A DNA stretch of 64,000 nt, taken from positions 64,998 through 128,997 of the forward strand of contig JAUYOL010000043.1 in NCBI GenBank assembly GCA_030695905.1. The letters run 5' to 3'. Made by a program: the position numbers and the translations under genes. This stretch comes from Candidatus Omnitrophota bacterium. GTDB taxonomy: Bacteria > Omnitrophota > Gorgyraeia > 2-01-FULL-45-10. The notes below the pieces were generated by a model that searched no databases, was not told the origin of the DNA, and saw only the letters and a program-made list of their open reading frames with translations. Shown here in pieces: positions 1 through 7,850 of the stretch; the first letter of the stretch is position 1; the number at the start of each line of letters is the position of its first letter.

Positions 1-140
1 GTTTTTTTGGATATATGTTTCTGCATGGTCTCGATATTAAAGGTATTCTCTCCAAAATAGCTGGAAACTTTTTTTAGGACTGCTTGTTTTTTCAAATCCA
101 CGCTCTTTACTTTAAATAATGCTTCCTGTCGAATTGCCAT
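1..140 (-). CDS. Glutamine synthetase type III, N-terminal part (runs off window start)
   Basis: Manual translation MAIRQEALFKVKSVDLKKQAVLKKVSSYFGENTFNIETMQKHISKK; the 'S.YFGEN.FN...M' pattern resembles GSIII N-termini; RBS AAGGGAG; amtB/glnK context. Confidence 0.7.
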   Translation of the reverse strand, partial: MAIRQEALFKVKSVDLKKQAVLKKVSSYFGENTFNIETMQKHISKK

Positions 141-179
141 AAAACTCCCTTTCTATGTTTTTATTGCGGGTGTCCAAAT

Positions 180-207
180 ATTATAGCACAGGCCCATCCC
201 AATTCAA
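180..207 (-). promoter_or_regulatory. sigma70-type promoter downstream of the attenuator, possibly for basal GS expression
   Basis: TTGAAT-16 nt-TATAAT with extended -10 TGcTATAAT. Confidence 0.55.
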
Positions 208-223
208 TCGTTTTTACTTTTAC

Positions 224-307
224 AAAAAAATAACGCCCATCTTGGCAGCTGCTATTTCCAAAATGAACGCCTGTGTTCCACTTTAATATTGTAGCACTAC
301 TTTGTGC
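224..307 (-). promoter_or_regulatory. ANTAR-type twin hairpin plus overlapping intrinsic terminator (GS leader)
   Basis: GCAC-AAAGTA-GTGC (294-307) and GAAC-ACAGGC-GTTC (265-278), both hexaloops with A1/G4; the second overlaps terminator stem CGTTCATTTTGG...CCAAGATGGGCG + TTATTTTTTT. Confidence 0.85.
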
Positions 308-320
308 GGCATTACTATAC

Positions 321-351
321 ATACAAGTAAAAACGGAGGCGTTTTGGTAAC
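321..351 (-). promoter_or_regulatory. Putative alternative-sigma promoter, copy 1
   Basis: GTTACCAAAACGCCTCCGTTTTTACTTGTAT; same consensus and spacing at 2041-2071 and 5377-5407. Confidence 0.75.
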
Positions 352-692
352 TACCCTATAGCTTCCTGTCCCCTCTCGCCCGTTCTTATCCTTATGCACT
401 CTTCGAGGTTCAGCACAAATATCTTTCCGTCGCCTATATTGCCCGTCTTAGCGGCCTTACTGATTGCGGCTATAGTGGGTTCCACAAATTTCTCATTTAC
501 TGCGATCTCAAGCCTTACTTTTTTTAGCAGATTTCCAGTTTCTTTTCTGCCACGGTATATTTGAGTTATTCCTTTTTGCCTTCCGCATCCCAGGACGTTG
601 GAAACAGTTTTAAGATGTATTTCGCACTTGTCCAGCTCCTGCAGGACATCTTCAAGTTTATGCGGCTGAATAACAGCGACTACTAACTTCAT
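351..692 (-). CDS. glnK: P-II nitrogen regulatory protein (GlnK/GlnB family)
   Basis: G.GRQKG T-loop, [11 protein letters not shown] and IRIRTGE motifs; directly downstream of amtB. Confidence 0.95.
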   Translation of the reverse strand: MKLVVAVIQPHKLEDVLQELDKCEIHLKTVSNVLGCGRQKGITQIYRGRKETGNLLKKVRLEIAVNEKFVEPTIAAISKAAKTGNIGDGKIFVLNLEECIRIRTGERGQEAIG

Positions 693-703
693 ATTGTCCC
701 CCT

Positions 704-1939
704 TTAGTCGAGCAGTGTATACGCGCTCTCCTCATGCTGTGTTATATCAAGGCCTATTACCTCTTCCTCATCCTCGACTCTTAGACCCATAACAGCATCA
801 AGAACCTTTAGCAGAACAAACGTAATGGCTATAGAATAAACCATTACTGCCAGAACACCAGTTGATTGTATCATAAATTGATTTTGATTTCCAAAAAATA
901 AGCCATTGTTACCAGCCGGGTTAATTATTTTTTGCGCAAGCAATCCTGTTGCCAATGCTCCAACAGCTCCTCCGACACCATGCACGCCGAAAGCGTCGAG
1001 AGAGTCGTCATATGAAAATTTCAGTTTTATAATAGCTACGGCAGTGTAACACAATAATGCCGCCGCGATGCCTATCAATATGGCAGACATGGGAGAGACA
1101 AATCCCGACGCGGGTGTTATAGTGGCCAGGCCCGCGACAGCGCCTGTGGCGCCGCCCAGAAGGGTCGGCTTGCCGGTTGCTCTCCACTCTATAAACATCC
1201 ACGTAAGCGCTGCTGATGAAGCGGCTGCATTAGTAGCTACAAACGCCCATACCGCTAATCCATTTGCCGCGAGAGAGCTTCCTGCGTTAAAGCCGAACCA
1301 ACCGAACCAGAGCAACCCCGCTCCAATGATAGTTAGCGGCAGATTATGCGGAGGCATAGGTTCCCGTCCATAACCCCGCCTCTTACCTAATATAAGAGCA
1401 CACACTAAAGCTGATACTCCGCTTGATACGTGTACTACTATCCCACCGGCAAAATCCAATACTCCCTTATTCCTTAGCCAACCGCCCTCGCCCCATACCC
1501 AATGACATACGGGATCGTATACAAGAGTGGCCCATAACAAGGTAAAGACAACATAAGTTGAAAATTTCATTCTTTCGGCGAATGCTCCGGCTATCAGGCC
1601 GGGCGTTATGACTGCGAACATCATCTGGTACGCCATGAAAAGAAGGTGTGGTATCGTTGATGAGTAAGTAGGGTTGGGCTCTATTCCAACGCCTTTTAAA
1701 CCCATCCATGCCAGGTTTCCTATAAAATGGCCCTGGTCGGGGCCAAAACTTAAACTGTATCCGCATAACATCCATTGAATACTGATAAGGCACAATACGA
1801 AAAAAGATTGCATCATCGTCGCCAAGACATTTTTTCTTCTTACCAACCCGCCGTAAAATAGTGCCAGTCCGGGTATCGTCATAAGCATAACCAGCGCCGT
1901 AGACATCAAAATCCACGCCGTATCGCCAGAATTTATCAT
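704..1939 (-). CDS. amtB: Ammonium transporter
   Basis: [38 protein letters not shown] motifs. Confidence 0.97.
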   Translation of the reverse strand: MINSGDTAWILMSTALVMLMTIPGLALFYGGLVRRKNVLATMMQSFFVLCLISIQWMLCGYSLSFGPDQGHFIGNLAWMGLKGVGIEPNPTYSSTIPHLLFMAYQMMFAVITPGLIAGAFAERMKFSTYVVFTLLWATLVYDPVCHWVWGEGGWLRNKGVLDFAGGIVVHVSSGVSALVCALILGKRRGYGREPMPPHNLPLTIIGAGLLWFGWFGFNAGSSLAANGLAVWAFVATNAAASSAALTWMFIEWRATGKPTLLGGATGAVAGLATITPASGFVSPMSAILIGIAAALLCYTAVAIIKLKFSYDDSLDAFGVHGVGGAVGALATGLLAQKIINPAGNNGLFFGNQNQFMIQSTGVLAVMVYSIAITFVLLKVLDAVMGLRVEDEEEVIGLDITQHEESAYTLLD

Positions 1940-1990
1940 AATTTATCCTCTCTTGTATTCAACTGCGTAATCAATTGAGCAAATTTAAAT

Positions 1991-2037
1991 AAAAAAATAG
2001 CGCGCACCTTGTTGAGCACAACATTGTGCACGCTATT
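1991..2037 (-). promoter_or_regulatory. ANTAR-type hairpin inside an intrinsic terminator (amtB leader)
   Basis: GCAC-AATGTT-GTGC (2016-2029) competes with terminator AATAGCGTGCAC...GTGCGCGCTATT + T-tract; only one clear hexaloop hairpin seen. Confidence 0.7.
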
Positions 2038-2040
2038 GCT

Positions 2041-2071
2041 ATACAAGTAAAAAAGATAGATTTTTGGTAAC
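2041..2071 (-). promoter_or_regulatory. Putative alternative-sigma promoter, copy 2
   Basis: GTTACCAAAAATCTATCTTTTTTACTTGTAT. Confidence 0.75.
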
Positions 2072-2151
2072 CAATTTCGCTTTGCGAAATTGGCCCTGAG
2101 CGAGCCATGAAATCCGACTTTATAGGAGGATTTCAGGCGAGCCGAAGGACC
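2071..2151. repeat. REP-like palindromic element
   Basis: Perfect hairpin CCAATTTCGC-TTT-GCGAAATTGG followed by CCCTGAGCGAGCC..TGAAATCC...GGATTTCA.GGCGAGCCGAAGGAC nested stem. Confidence 0.55.
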
Positions 2152-2158
2152 TTTCCAC

Positions 2159-2500
2159 TCATCCTATCGCTACGCCATCTCTTTCACCCGTCCTTATTCT
2201 CACGCACTCCGCAAGATCCAATACGAATATCTTCCCATCACCTATATTGCCTGTTTTTGCGCCCTTTGTTATGGCCAATACCGTAGCTTCAACATATTTT
2301 TCATTTACAGCGATCTCGAGCCTTACCTTTTTCAGAAGGTTGCCCGTCTCCTTTTTGCCTCTATATACTTCGGTTTTACCTTTTTGCCTTCCGCACCCCA
2401 GGACATTGCTTACGGTCTTTAGGTGTACCTCCGCCCTATCCAGTTCCTGCAGGACATCTTCAAGTTTATGTGGTTGAATAATCGCGATTATAAGCTTCAT
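2159..2500 (-). CDS. glnK: P-II nitrogen regulatory protein, second copy
   Basis: Same motifs as 351-692; start placed at MKLIIA by homology to copy 1. Confidence 0.95.
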   Translation of the reverse strand: MKLIIAIIQPHKLEDVLQELDRAEVHLKTVSNVLGCGRQKGKTEVYRGKKETGNLLKKVRLEIAVNEKYVEATVLAITKGAKTGNIGDGKIFVLDLAECVRIRTGERDGVAIG

Positions 2501-2518
2501 ATAAAACGTCACCTCCTC

Positions 2519-3754
2519 TTAGTCTAACAGCGTATATGCACTCTCTTCATGCTGTGTTATATCAAGGCCTATTACCTCTTCCTCATCCTCGACTCTTAGA
2601 CCCATAACAGCATCAAGGACCTTTAATAATATAAAGGTCACGGCCACCGAATATGCCATCGTGGCTAAAACACCGATTGCCTGGGTAGCGAATTGCGCTG
2701 AATTTCCAAAAAACAACCCATTATTTCCAGCGGCATTTACTATCTTTTGCGCAAATAAACCTGTTGCAAGCGCTCCCAACGTTCCTCCTACACCATGAAC
2801 ACCAAAAGCATCGAGTGAGTCATCGTAGCCGAATTTTAATTTGATAACAGCTACAGCTGTATAGCAAACAAGTCCTACCAGAATCCCTATAAGGATCGAC
2901 GACAGAGGTGTTACGAATCCCGCTGCGGGAGTAATTGCAACAAGTCCCGCTACGGCGCCGGTTGCTCCGCCAAGTATTGTTGGTTTTCCGGTAACTTTCC
3001 ACTCTATGATCATCCATGTCAACGCGGCTGCAGCTGCGGCGGTATTTGTGGCGATAAAAGCCGAGACCGCGAGCTCGTTTGCACCTAAAGCGCTGCCGGC
3101 GTTAAATCCAAACCAGCCAAACCACAAAAGGGCCGCGCCGATCAGACATAAAGGAAGATTGTGCGGCGGCATAGGTTCTTGGCCGTAGCCCCTCCTCTTA
3201 CCCATATATAGGGCGCACACGAGCGCCGATATACCGCTTGATACGTGAACTACCGTGCCCCCCGCGAAATCCAAAGCGCCCATATTTCTTAACCATCCGC
3301 CCGCTCCCCACACCCAGTGGCAGACAGGATCATAAACAAGCGTCGCCCATAATAGGGTAAAGACAACGTAGGTTGAAAACTTCATTCTCTCCGCAAAGGC
3401 GCCTGTTATTAGGCCCGGCGTAATTACCGCGAACATCATCTGATAAATCATGAAAAGAAGATGCGGGATAGTTGAGGCATAATCCGGATTGGGGGCCATT
3501 CCTACACCCTTTAAACCCATCCATGCCAGGCTTCCTATAAAATGGCCCTGATCGGGACCAAAGGACAGACTGTACCCAAAAAGCACCCATTGAATACTGA
3601 TAAGGCACAGTACGAAAAAAGACTGCATTATTGTGGCGAGGACGTTTTTACGCCTTACCAGTCCTCCATAAAACAGCGCAAGGCCCGGGAATGTCATTAA
3701 CATGACAAGCGCAGTCGATATTAAGACCCATGCTGTATCGCCTGAATTAATCAT
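2519..3754 (-). CDS. amtB: Ammonium transporter, second copy
   Basis: Full Amt motifs, 411 aa, paralogous to 704-1939. Confidence 0.97.
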   Translation of the reverse strand: MINSGDTAWVLISTALVMLMTFPGLALFYGGLVRRKNVLATIMQSFFVLCLISIQWVLFGYSLSFGPDQGHFIGSLAWMGLKGVGMAPNPDYASTIPHLLFMIYQMMFAVITPGLITGAFAERMKFSTYVVFTLLWATLVYDPVCHWVWGAGGWLRNMGALDFAGGTVVHVSSGISALVCALYMGKRRGYGQEPMPPHNLPLCLIGAALLWFGWFGFNAGSALGANELAVSAFIATNTAAAAAALTWMIIEWKVTGKPTILGGATGAVAGLVAITPAAGFVTPLSSILIGILVGLVCYTAVAVIKLKFGYDDSLDAFGVHGVGGTLGALATGLFAQKIVNAAGNNGLFFGNSAQFATQAIGVLATMAYSVAVTFILLKVLDAVMGLRVEDEEEVIGLDITQHEESAYTLLD

Positions 3755-3769
3755 AGCTACCTCCTCTTT

Positions 3770-3949
3770 TTATTTTATATCCAGTTTTTCTTTGACCATT
3801 TCTGCGTATACTTTATTTATGCGGCCAGTTTTTAGCCATCTCTCTAATGTCGACACCTGTATATTTATCTTCACAGAAAGATCATGCAGCGTATAGTCAT
3901 TTTCTTCTTTAATTTGCTGTATTTTTTTAATTAATTCTTTATCAATCAT
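3770..3949 (-). CDS. Small XRE/Cro-like helix-turn-helix protein (59 aa; absent from ORF track)
   Basis: MIDKELIKKIQQIKEENDYTLHDLSVKINIQVSTLERWLKTGRINKVYAEMVKEKLDIK; fills the gap between porin and amtB; HTH-like 'TLHDLS...I.VSTLERW'. Confidence 0.7.
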   Translation of the reverse strand: MIDKELIKKIQQIKEENDYTLHDLSVKINIQVSTLERWLKTGRINKVYAEMVKEKLDIK

Positions 3950-3969
3950 TAATGCAGCTTCCTATATTT

Positions 3970-5226
3970 CTAAAAAGTGATGAGCGCGTCCATGCTGAAT
4001 GTCAGCTGATCCCTCTTGCCGGTGCTAAATACTGATCTGTCAGAGTGGTCATAACGAATTTCCGGCCGAAACAACAAGTTGGATAGTACCTTGTCTTTTG
4101 GGAACGGCTTTATTGCTACGCCTGCGGTTACCTCATAGTAGTTGGCGCCGACAGGAGCGGCGTTAGAAAAACCGCTGGCTGCATCTTTATACCACTCCAG
4201 TCGGGTATTCAGAGTAAAATACTGATTAAGCGCATAGCTAGCATATCCGGCCACACCCCCCCACTGCTTGACCTTATCTTGCGATCCGGGGATCTTTGGA
4301 GTCACAACGTAGTCAGTGCCCAGGCCGAGGCTTAATTTATCATTGATCTTATGTGTTATAACTAAATCCATGGCTGTCCACCAGTTGGCGCTGTCACCCG
4401 TAGGAAGATTGTGTCCGACACCGATCGGGAATTCAGGGCCTTCCGTCATCGTAAAGATGGCGGTAGTCTTGTCGCTGGGTGTAAAGGTTACACGGCCCAA
4501 TAGATCCAAAGCATGGTTGGCATCTCGCAGCGACTGGTTCCATCCCAGCGTTGTGCCAAGGTCAAACGTCCATTGCGGGTTCATTATATAGGTGGCCAGA
4601 ACGCCCGTCTGCGTACCCGGCTCAGCATAGAGAAACTGGTAACTATAAGAATAGAATGCCTTGGCAGGATCACCGAAAGCCCCGTAAATATTGGCGCTGA
4701 ATTGTTCAAATCCGGCCAACTCGATCCACTTACCTACTCTAAGCCGTACAGGTATATAAGGAAGAGCCATATCCGCGTAAGCTTGGAGAAGGTCCCATTG
4801 ATTATGACCCGTTTGGGTATCCCACATGCCATTAGAGTGTATGAAGGCAGCGTCCGCGCCAAAGATGCCCTCCATGCGCCCGCCTATGTCAAACTGCTTC
4901 TTGGTCGGATCTACCGTGCGTTCGACGTTCAAGCTGACCTTATTAAGGGTTATGTCGCTTTTGAAGTTGTTATATCCGATGAAGGTCGGCCCTACGCCTT
5001 CCTGAGGCGCTGTAGCGTCATAAAACCAGCCCGCCTGGGTGTATCCATAGATCTTAATGCCGAGCTTATCTAAAGGTTTGGCTAAACCCACCTTGTCCAT
5101 GCCGGTCATAAGCAGCCCTCTCGACGGCGCAGTTAGAACATCCTCATCGGCATATACCCAGGAATGCGCTTGCGAGTACACAAGGAATGATACCAATATT
5201 AAAGTAATTTTTTTAATCAGTTCCAT
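3970..5226 (-). CDS. Outer-membrane beta-barrel porin (putative BBP2/OmpL-like family)
   Basis: Signal peptide, amphipathic beta strands, RPEIRYD motif, C-terminal Phe. Confidence 0.75.
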   Translation of the reverse strand: MELIKKITLILVSFLVYSQAHSWVYADEDVLTAPSRGLLMTGMDKVGLAKPLDKLGIKIYGYTQAGWFYDATAPQEGVGPTFIGYNNFKSDITLNKVSLNVERTVDPTKKQFDIGGRMEGIFGADAAFIHSNGMWDTQTGHNQWDLLQAYADMALPYIPVRLRVGKWIELAGFEQFSANIYGAFGDPAKAFYSYSYQFLYAEPGTQTGVLATYIMNPQWTFDLGTTLGWNQSLRDANHALDLLGRVTFTPSDKTTAIFTMTEGPEFPIGVGHNLPTGDSANWWTAMDLVITHKINDKLSLGLGTDYVVTPKIPGSQDKVKQWGGVAGYASYALNQYFTLNTRLEWYKDAASGFSNAAPVGANYYEVTAGVAIKPFPKDKVLSNLLFRPEIRYDHSDRSVFSTGKRDQLTFSMDALITF

Positions 5227-5253
5227 ATTATCTCCTTTTTATGTACCTCAAAT

Positions 5254-5363
5254 AAAAAAAGCGTCTTATTTATCCACATGGATCAATAAGACGCCAATGT
5301 CCTAAAATTTAAATAAAAAAGCGCTCTTTTCGAACGCCTTAGTTTATCAACACAACTATGTGT
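5254..5363 (-). promoter_or_regulatory. Tandem ANTAR attenuators (three hairpins, two terminators) in the porin operon leader
   Basis: ACAC-ATAGTT-GTGT (5350-5363); AAC-TAAGGC-GTT (5333-5344) overlapping terminator GCGTTC-GAAAA-GAGCGC-T6; GAC-ATTGGC-GTC (5290-5301) overlapping terminator GCGTCTTATT...AATAAGACGC-T7. Confidence 0.8.
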
Positions 5364-5376
5364 CTTAATGCTACTC

Positions 5377-5407
5377 ATACAAGTAAAAAGAGCTTAGTTT
5401 TGGTAAC
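5377..5407 (-). promoter_or_regulatory. Putative alternative-sigma promoter, copy 3 (overlaps last codons of the sigma gene)
   Basis: GTTACCAAAACTAAGCTCTTTTTACTTGTAT. Confidence 0.75.
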
Positions 5408-5933
5408 TCCTTTTTATCTCGCATCTCAGTTTCTCGCATTTTGCCCTGATCTTTTTCCTTAATTTTATCACGGCGACGTGTGAAATGCCAAGCTTTTCAC
5501 CCATTTCACGCACTGTCAGGCCGTCGGTGCTCATTTTTATAATAGCGATTTCCCTGTCATTAAGGTCATTTTTATAGGCTTCATCATATAATATTTTGTC
5601 CTCAACCTGTTCTTCACAGGACGATTCGTTTAAAGCTAATACTTCTTCGAGCATAGTTCCGTCTTCATCTATGGGGCTTTCGATGCTCTGGATCTTTACT
5701 TTATCCATGGATGTCCTTATGTAATTCTTAAGATGAAAGTAGCAGCCCTGCAATATATAGCTGTCCGTTTTATCATCAAGGATGCCCTTGCCAGACTTGA
5801 TCCATAGATGGATAACCGCCTCCTGGTATAGGTCATCATCGTTAAAGAACGTAAAATGACCGTTGAGCCGATGACTTATCCTTCGGATCGTAGGCGTAAG
5901 TCTGGTTATTAATGTTTCGAAATTATCTTTCAT
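5394..5933 (-). CDS. Alternative sigma-70 family factor (regions 2 and 4 only)
   Basis: DDLYQEAVIHLW (region 2) and LNDREIAII..GLTVREMGEKLGISHVAV (region 4 HTH). Confidence 0.88.
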   Translation of the reverse strand: MKDNFETLITRLTPTIRRISHRLNGHFTFFNDDDLYQEAVIHLWIKSGKGILDDKTDSYILQGCYFHLKNYIRTSMDKVKIQSIESPIDEDGTMLEEVLALNESSCEEQVEDKILYDEAYKNDLNDREIAIIKMSTDGLTVREMGEKLGISHVAVIKLRKKIRAKCEKLRCEIKRSYQN

Positions 5934-5934
5934 G

Positions 5935-6017
5935 TTAATAAAGAAGCCCTTCGATGCATATCAATGCATACAAAGGGCTTCTTTGCTCCTTAATATTTTT
6001 ATCTCTTCAGCGAGATA
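5935..6017 (-). terminator. Terminator/attenuator between nadE and the sigma gene, with degenerate ANTAR-like hairpins
   Basis: Stem AAAGAAGCCCTT...AAGGGCTTCTTT; GC-AAAGAA-GC overlaps its 5' arm; upstream TATCTC-GCTGAA-GAGATA. Confidence 0.6.
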
Positions 6018-6025
6018 AATTCCTT

Positions 6026-7705
6026 TTAATATTCTTTATACTTGTTCGTTATCGGCATTCTTCTATCTTTGCCGAATGACCTTGGCGTTATTCTTATGCC
6101 CGGCGGTGACTGCCTCCTCTTGTATTCGCTCTTATCGACCATAGCAACAACTCTCAAGACATCGTCTTTACTGCATCCCGAGGATATGATCTTCTTCATA
6201 TCGCGGTCATCTTCAACATACGCTTTGAGTATAGGATCTAATTTGCTGTAAACCGGCAATGTATCGCTGTCTTTCTGATCGGGCTTGAGCTCCGCGGTGG
6301 GCTCTTTTGTTAAGACAGAATCCGGTATTATATGAGAAATAGAATTTCTATATTTGCAAAGCTTATAGACAAGGGTTTTTGGCACATCTTTTATTACCGC
6401 GAAGCCTCCTGCCATGTCTCCATACAGAGTGGCATAGCCGGTGCTCATTTCCGATTTATTTCCCGTAGTAAGGACGAGCCACCCAAATTTATTGGACAGG
6501 GCCATCAATATATTGCCTCTTATGCGCGCCTGCAGATTTTCCTCCGCTATGTTCTTTTCTGATCCAGCGAATAGCGATGATAAAGTAATAAGGTATAATT
6601 TAAATATCTGTTCTATGGAAATAGCCTCATATCTTATGCCTAAGTTACCAGCGACCTCTCTCGCGTCGTTTGCTGATTCTTGTGAAGAATATCGAGACGG
6701 CATGAATATGCCCGTTACGTTATCCTTGCCAAGGGCATCTACTGCCAACGCCGCTACTATGGCGGAGTCTACGCCACCGCTTAATCCAATGGCAACTTTT
6801 TTAAAACCATTCTTGTTTACATAATCCTTTAGTCCCAGCAGGAGCGCTTTATATGCCTCTTCCGCATTTTCTACCATGACAGCAACTTTATTTTTTAATA
6901 CAGAAGGTTTCTTATCTATCTTTTTCTTTATGGTCAATATTTTACTATCAGTTCTTCTGTGCGCAGCGTTTAAAGCAATATCCGCGAAAAGCAGCTCTTC
7001 TTCAAAAGCCTTGGCTCTCGCGATTATCCTGCCCTTATCGTTTGCCACCATACTGCGGCCGTCAAATACAAGTTCATCCTGTCCCCCTACCATATTTACG
7101 TAGGATATAAATATCTTGTTGCTTTTTGCCGCCTTCTGGATAACATTTTCTCTTTCCTTTATCTTTCCGATATGATAAGGAGAAGAGTTTATTGCGATCA
7201 TTACTTGAGCGCCGGCCAAAGCACACATTTTTACGGGCCCGGACTTATGCCATATGTCTTCACATATACTGAGTCCAAATACTATATTATCCATCTTAAA
7301 GATAAAAGGAGATTTACCCTGTTTAAAATAACGGACTTCGTCGAATACCCCATAATTGGGCAATAGCATCTTGTGGTATATACCGAGAATTCTTCCCTTA
7401 TATATTACCGCGGCGGCATTGTAAACATTGGCGCCCTTACTATCCGCGAAGCCGATTATAGCTGCTACATCCCCGACAGACTCGGCTATCTCCTTGAGTA
7501 TGTGCACATTTCGTTCGATAAAATGCGATTTAAAAAGCAGGTCCTCTGGCGGGTATCCGGTTATAGCCAACTCAGGGAAAGAGACTATGTCAGCTCCCGC
7601 ATTTTGAGCCTTATTTATACAGTCCATTATTTTCTCGGCGTTTAGATACAGGTCTCCTACTGTGCAATTAACCTGCGCTAAAGCCAATCGTATTGTTTTC
7701 TTCAT
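6026..7705 (-). CDS. nadE: Glutamine-dependent NAD+ synthetase
   Basis: Nitrilase domain (FPEL, ICEDIW) plus SGGVDS, ENLQARIRG, TGNKSE, EYKRRQSPPG. Confidence 0.97.
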   Translation of the reverse strand: MKKTIRLALAQVNCTVGDLYLNAEKIMDCINKAQNAGADIVSFPELAITGYPPEDLLFKSHFIERNVHILKEIAESVGDVAAIIGFADSKGANVYNAAAVIYKGRILGIYHKMLLPNYGVFDEVRYFKQGKSPFIFKMDNIVFGLSICEDIWHKSGPVKMCALAGAQVMIAINSSPYHIGKIKERENVIQKAAKSNKIFISYVNMVGGQDELVFDGRSMVANDKGRIIARAKAFEEELLFADIALNAAHRRTDSKILTIKKKIDKKPSVLKNKVAVMVENAEEAYKALLLGLKDYVNKNGFKKVAIGLSGGVDSAIVAALAVDALGKDNVTGIFMPSRYSSQESANDAREVAGNLGIRYEAISIEQIFKLYLITLSSLFAGSEKNIAEENLQARIRGNILMALSNKFGWLVLTTGNKSEMSTGYATLYGDMAGGFAVIKDVPKTLVYKLCKYRNSISHIIPDSVLTKEPTAELKPDQKDSDTLPVYSKLDPILKAYVEDDRDMKKIISSGCSKDDVLRVVAMVDKSEYKRRQSPPGIRITPRSFGKDRRMPITNKYKEY

Positions 7706-7729
7706 ATTTTAATCTCTTTATCCCCACAA

Positions 7730-7777
7730 AATAAAAAATGCCTTCCGGCATACTTTGCCAAAAGACATTCTTTGTCT
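7730..7777 (-). promoter_or_regulatory. Attenuator in the nadE leader (ANTAR-like)
   Basis: AGAC-AAAGAAT-GTCT overlaps terminator AATGTCTTTTGGCA...TGCCGGAAGGCATT + T-tract; second loop GGC-AAAGTAT-GCC; loops are 7 nt with A1/G4. Confidence 0.65.
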
Positions 7778-7789
7778 ACTACAATAAGT

Positions 7790-7817
7790 ATTATATCACA
7801 CTTCGGTAGTTTGTCAA
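7790..7817 (-). promoter_or_regulatory. sigma70 promoter of the nadE-sigma operon
   Basis: TTGACA-16 nt-TATAAT with extended TG. Confidence 0.8.
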
Positions 7818-7850
7818 TCAAGTAATTCCTGCTTTTTAATTTCTAACCCG

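Noticed and set aside
321-351. Reading the repeated motif as an NtcA, TnrA/GlnR or sigma54 site
   Set aside because: No GTA-N8-TAC, TGTNA-N7-TNACA or GG-N10-GC match; the motif is asymmetric and orientation-fixed
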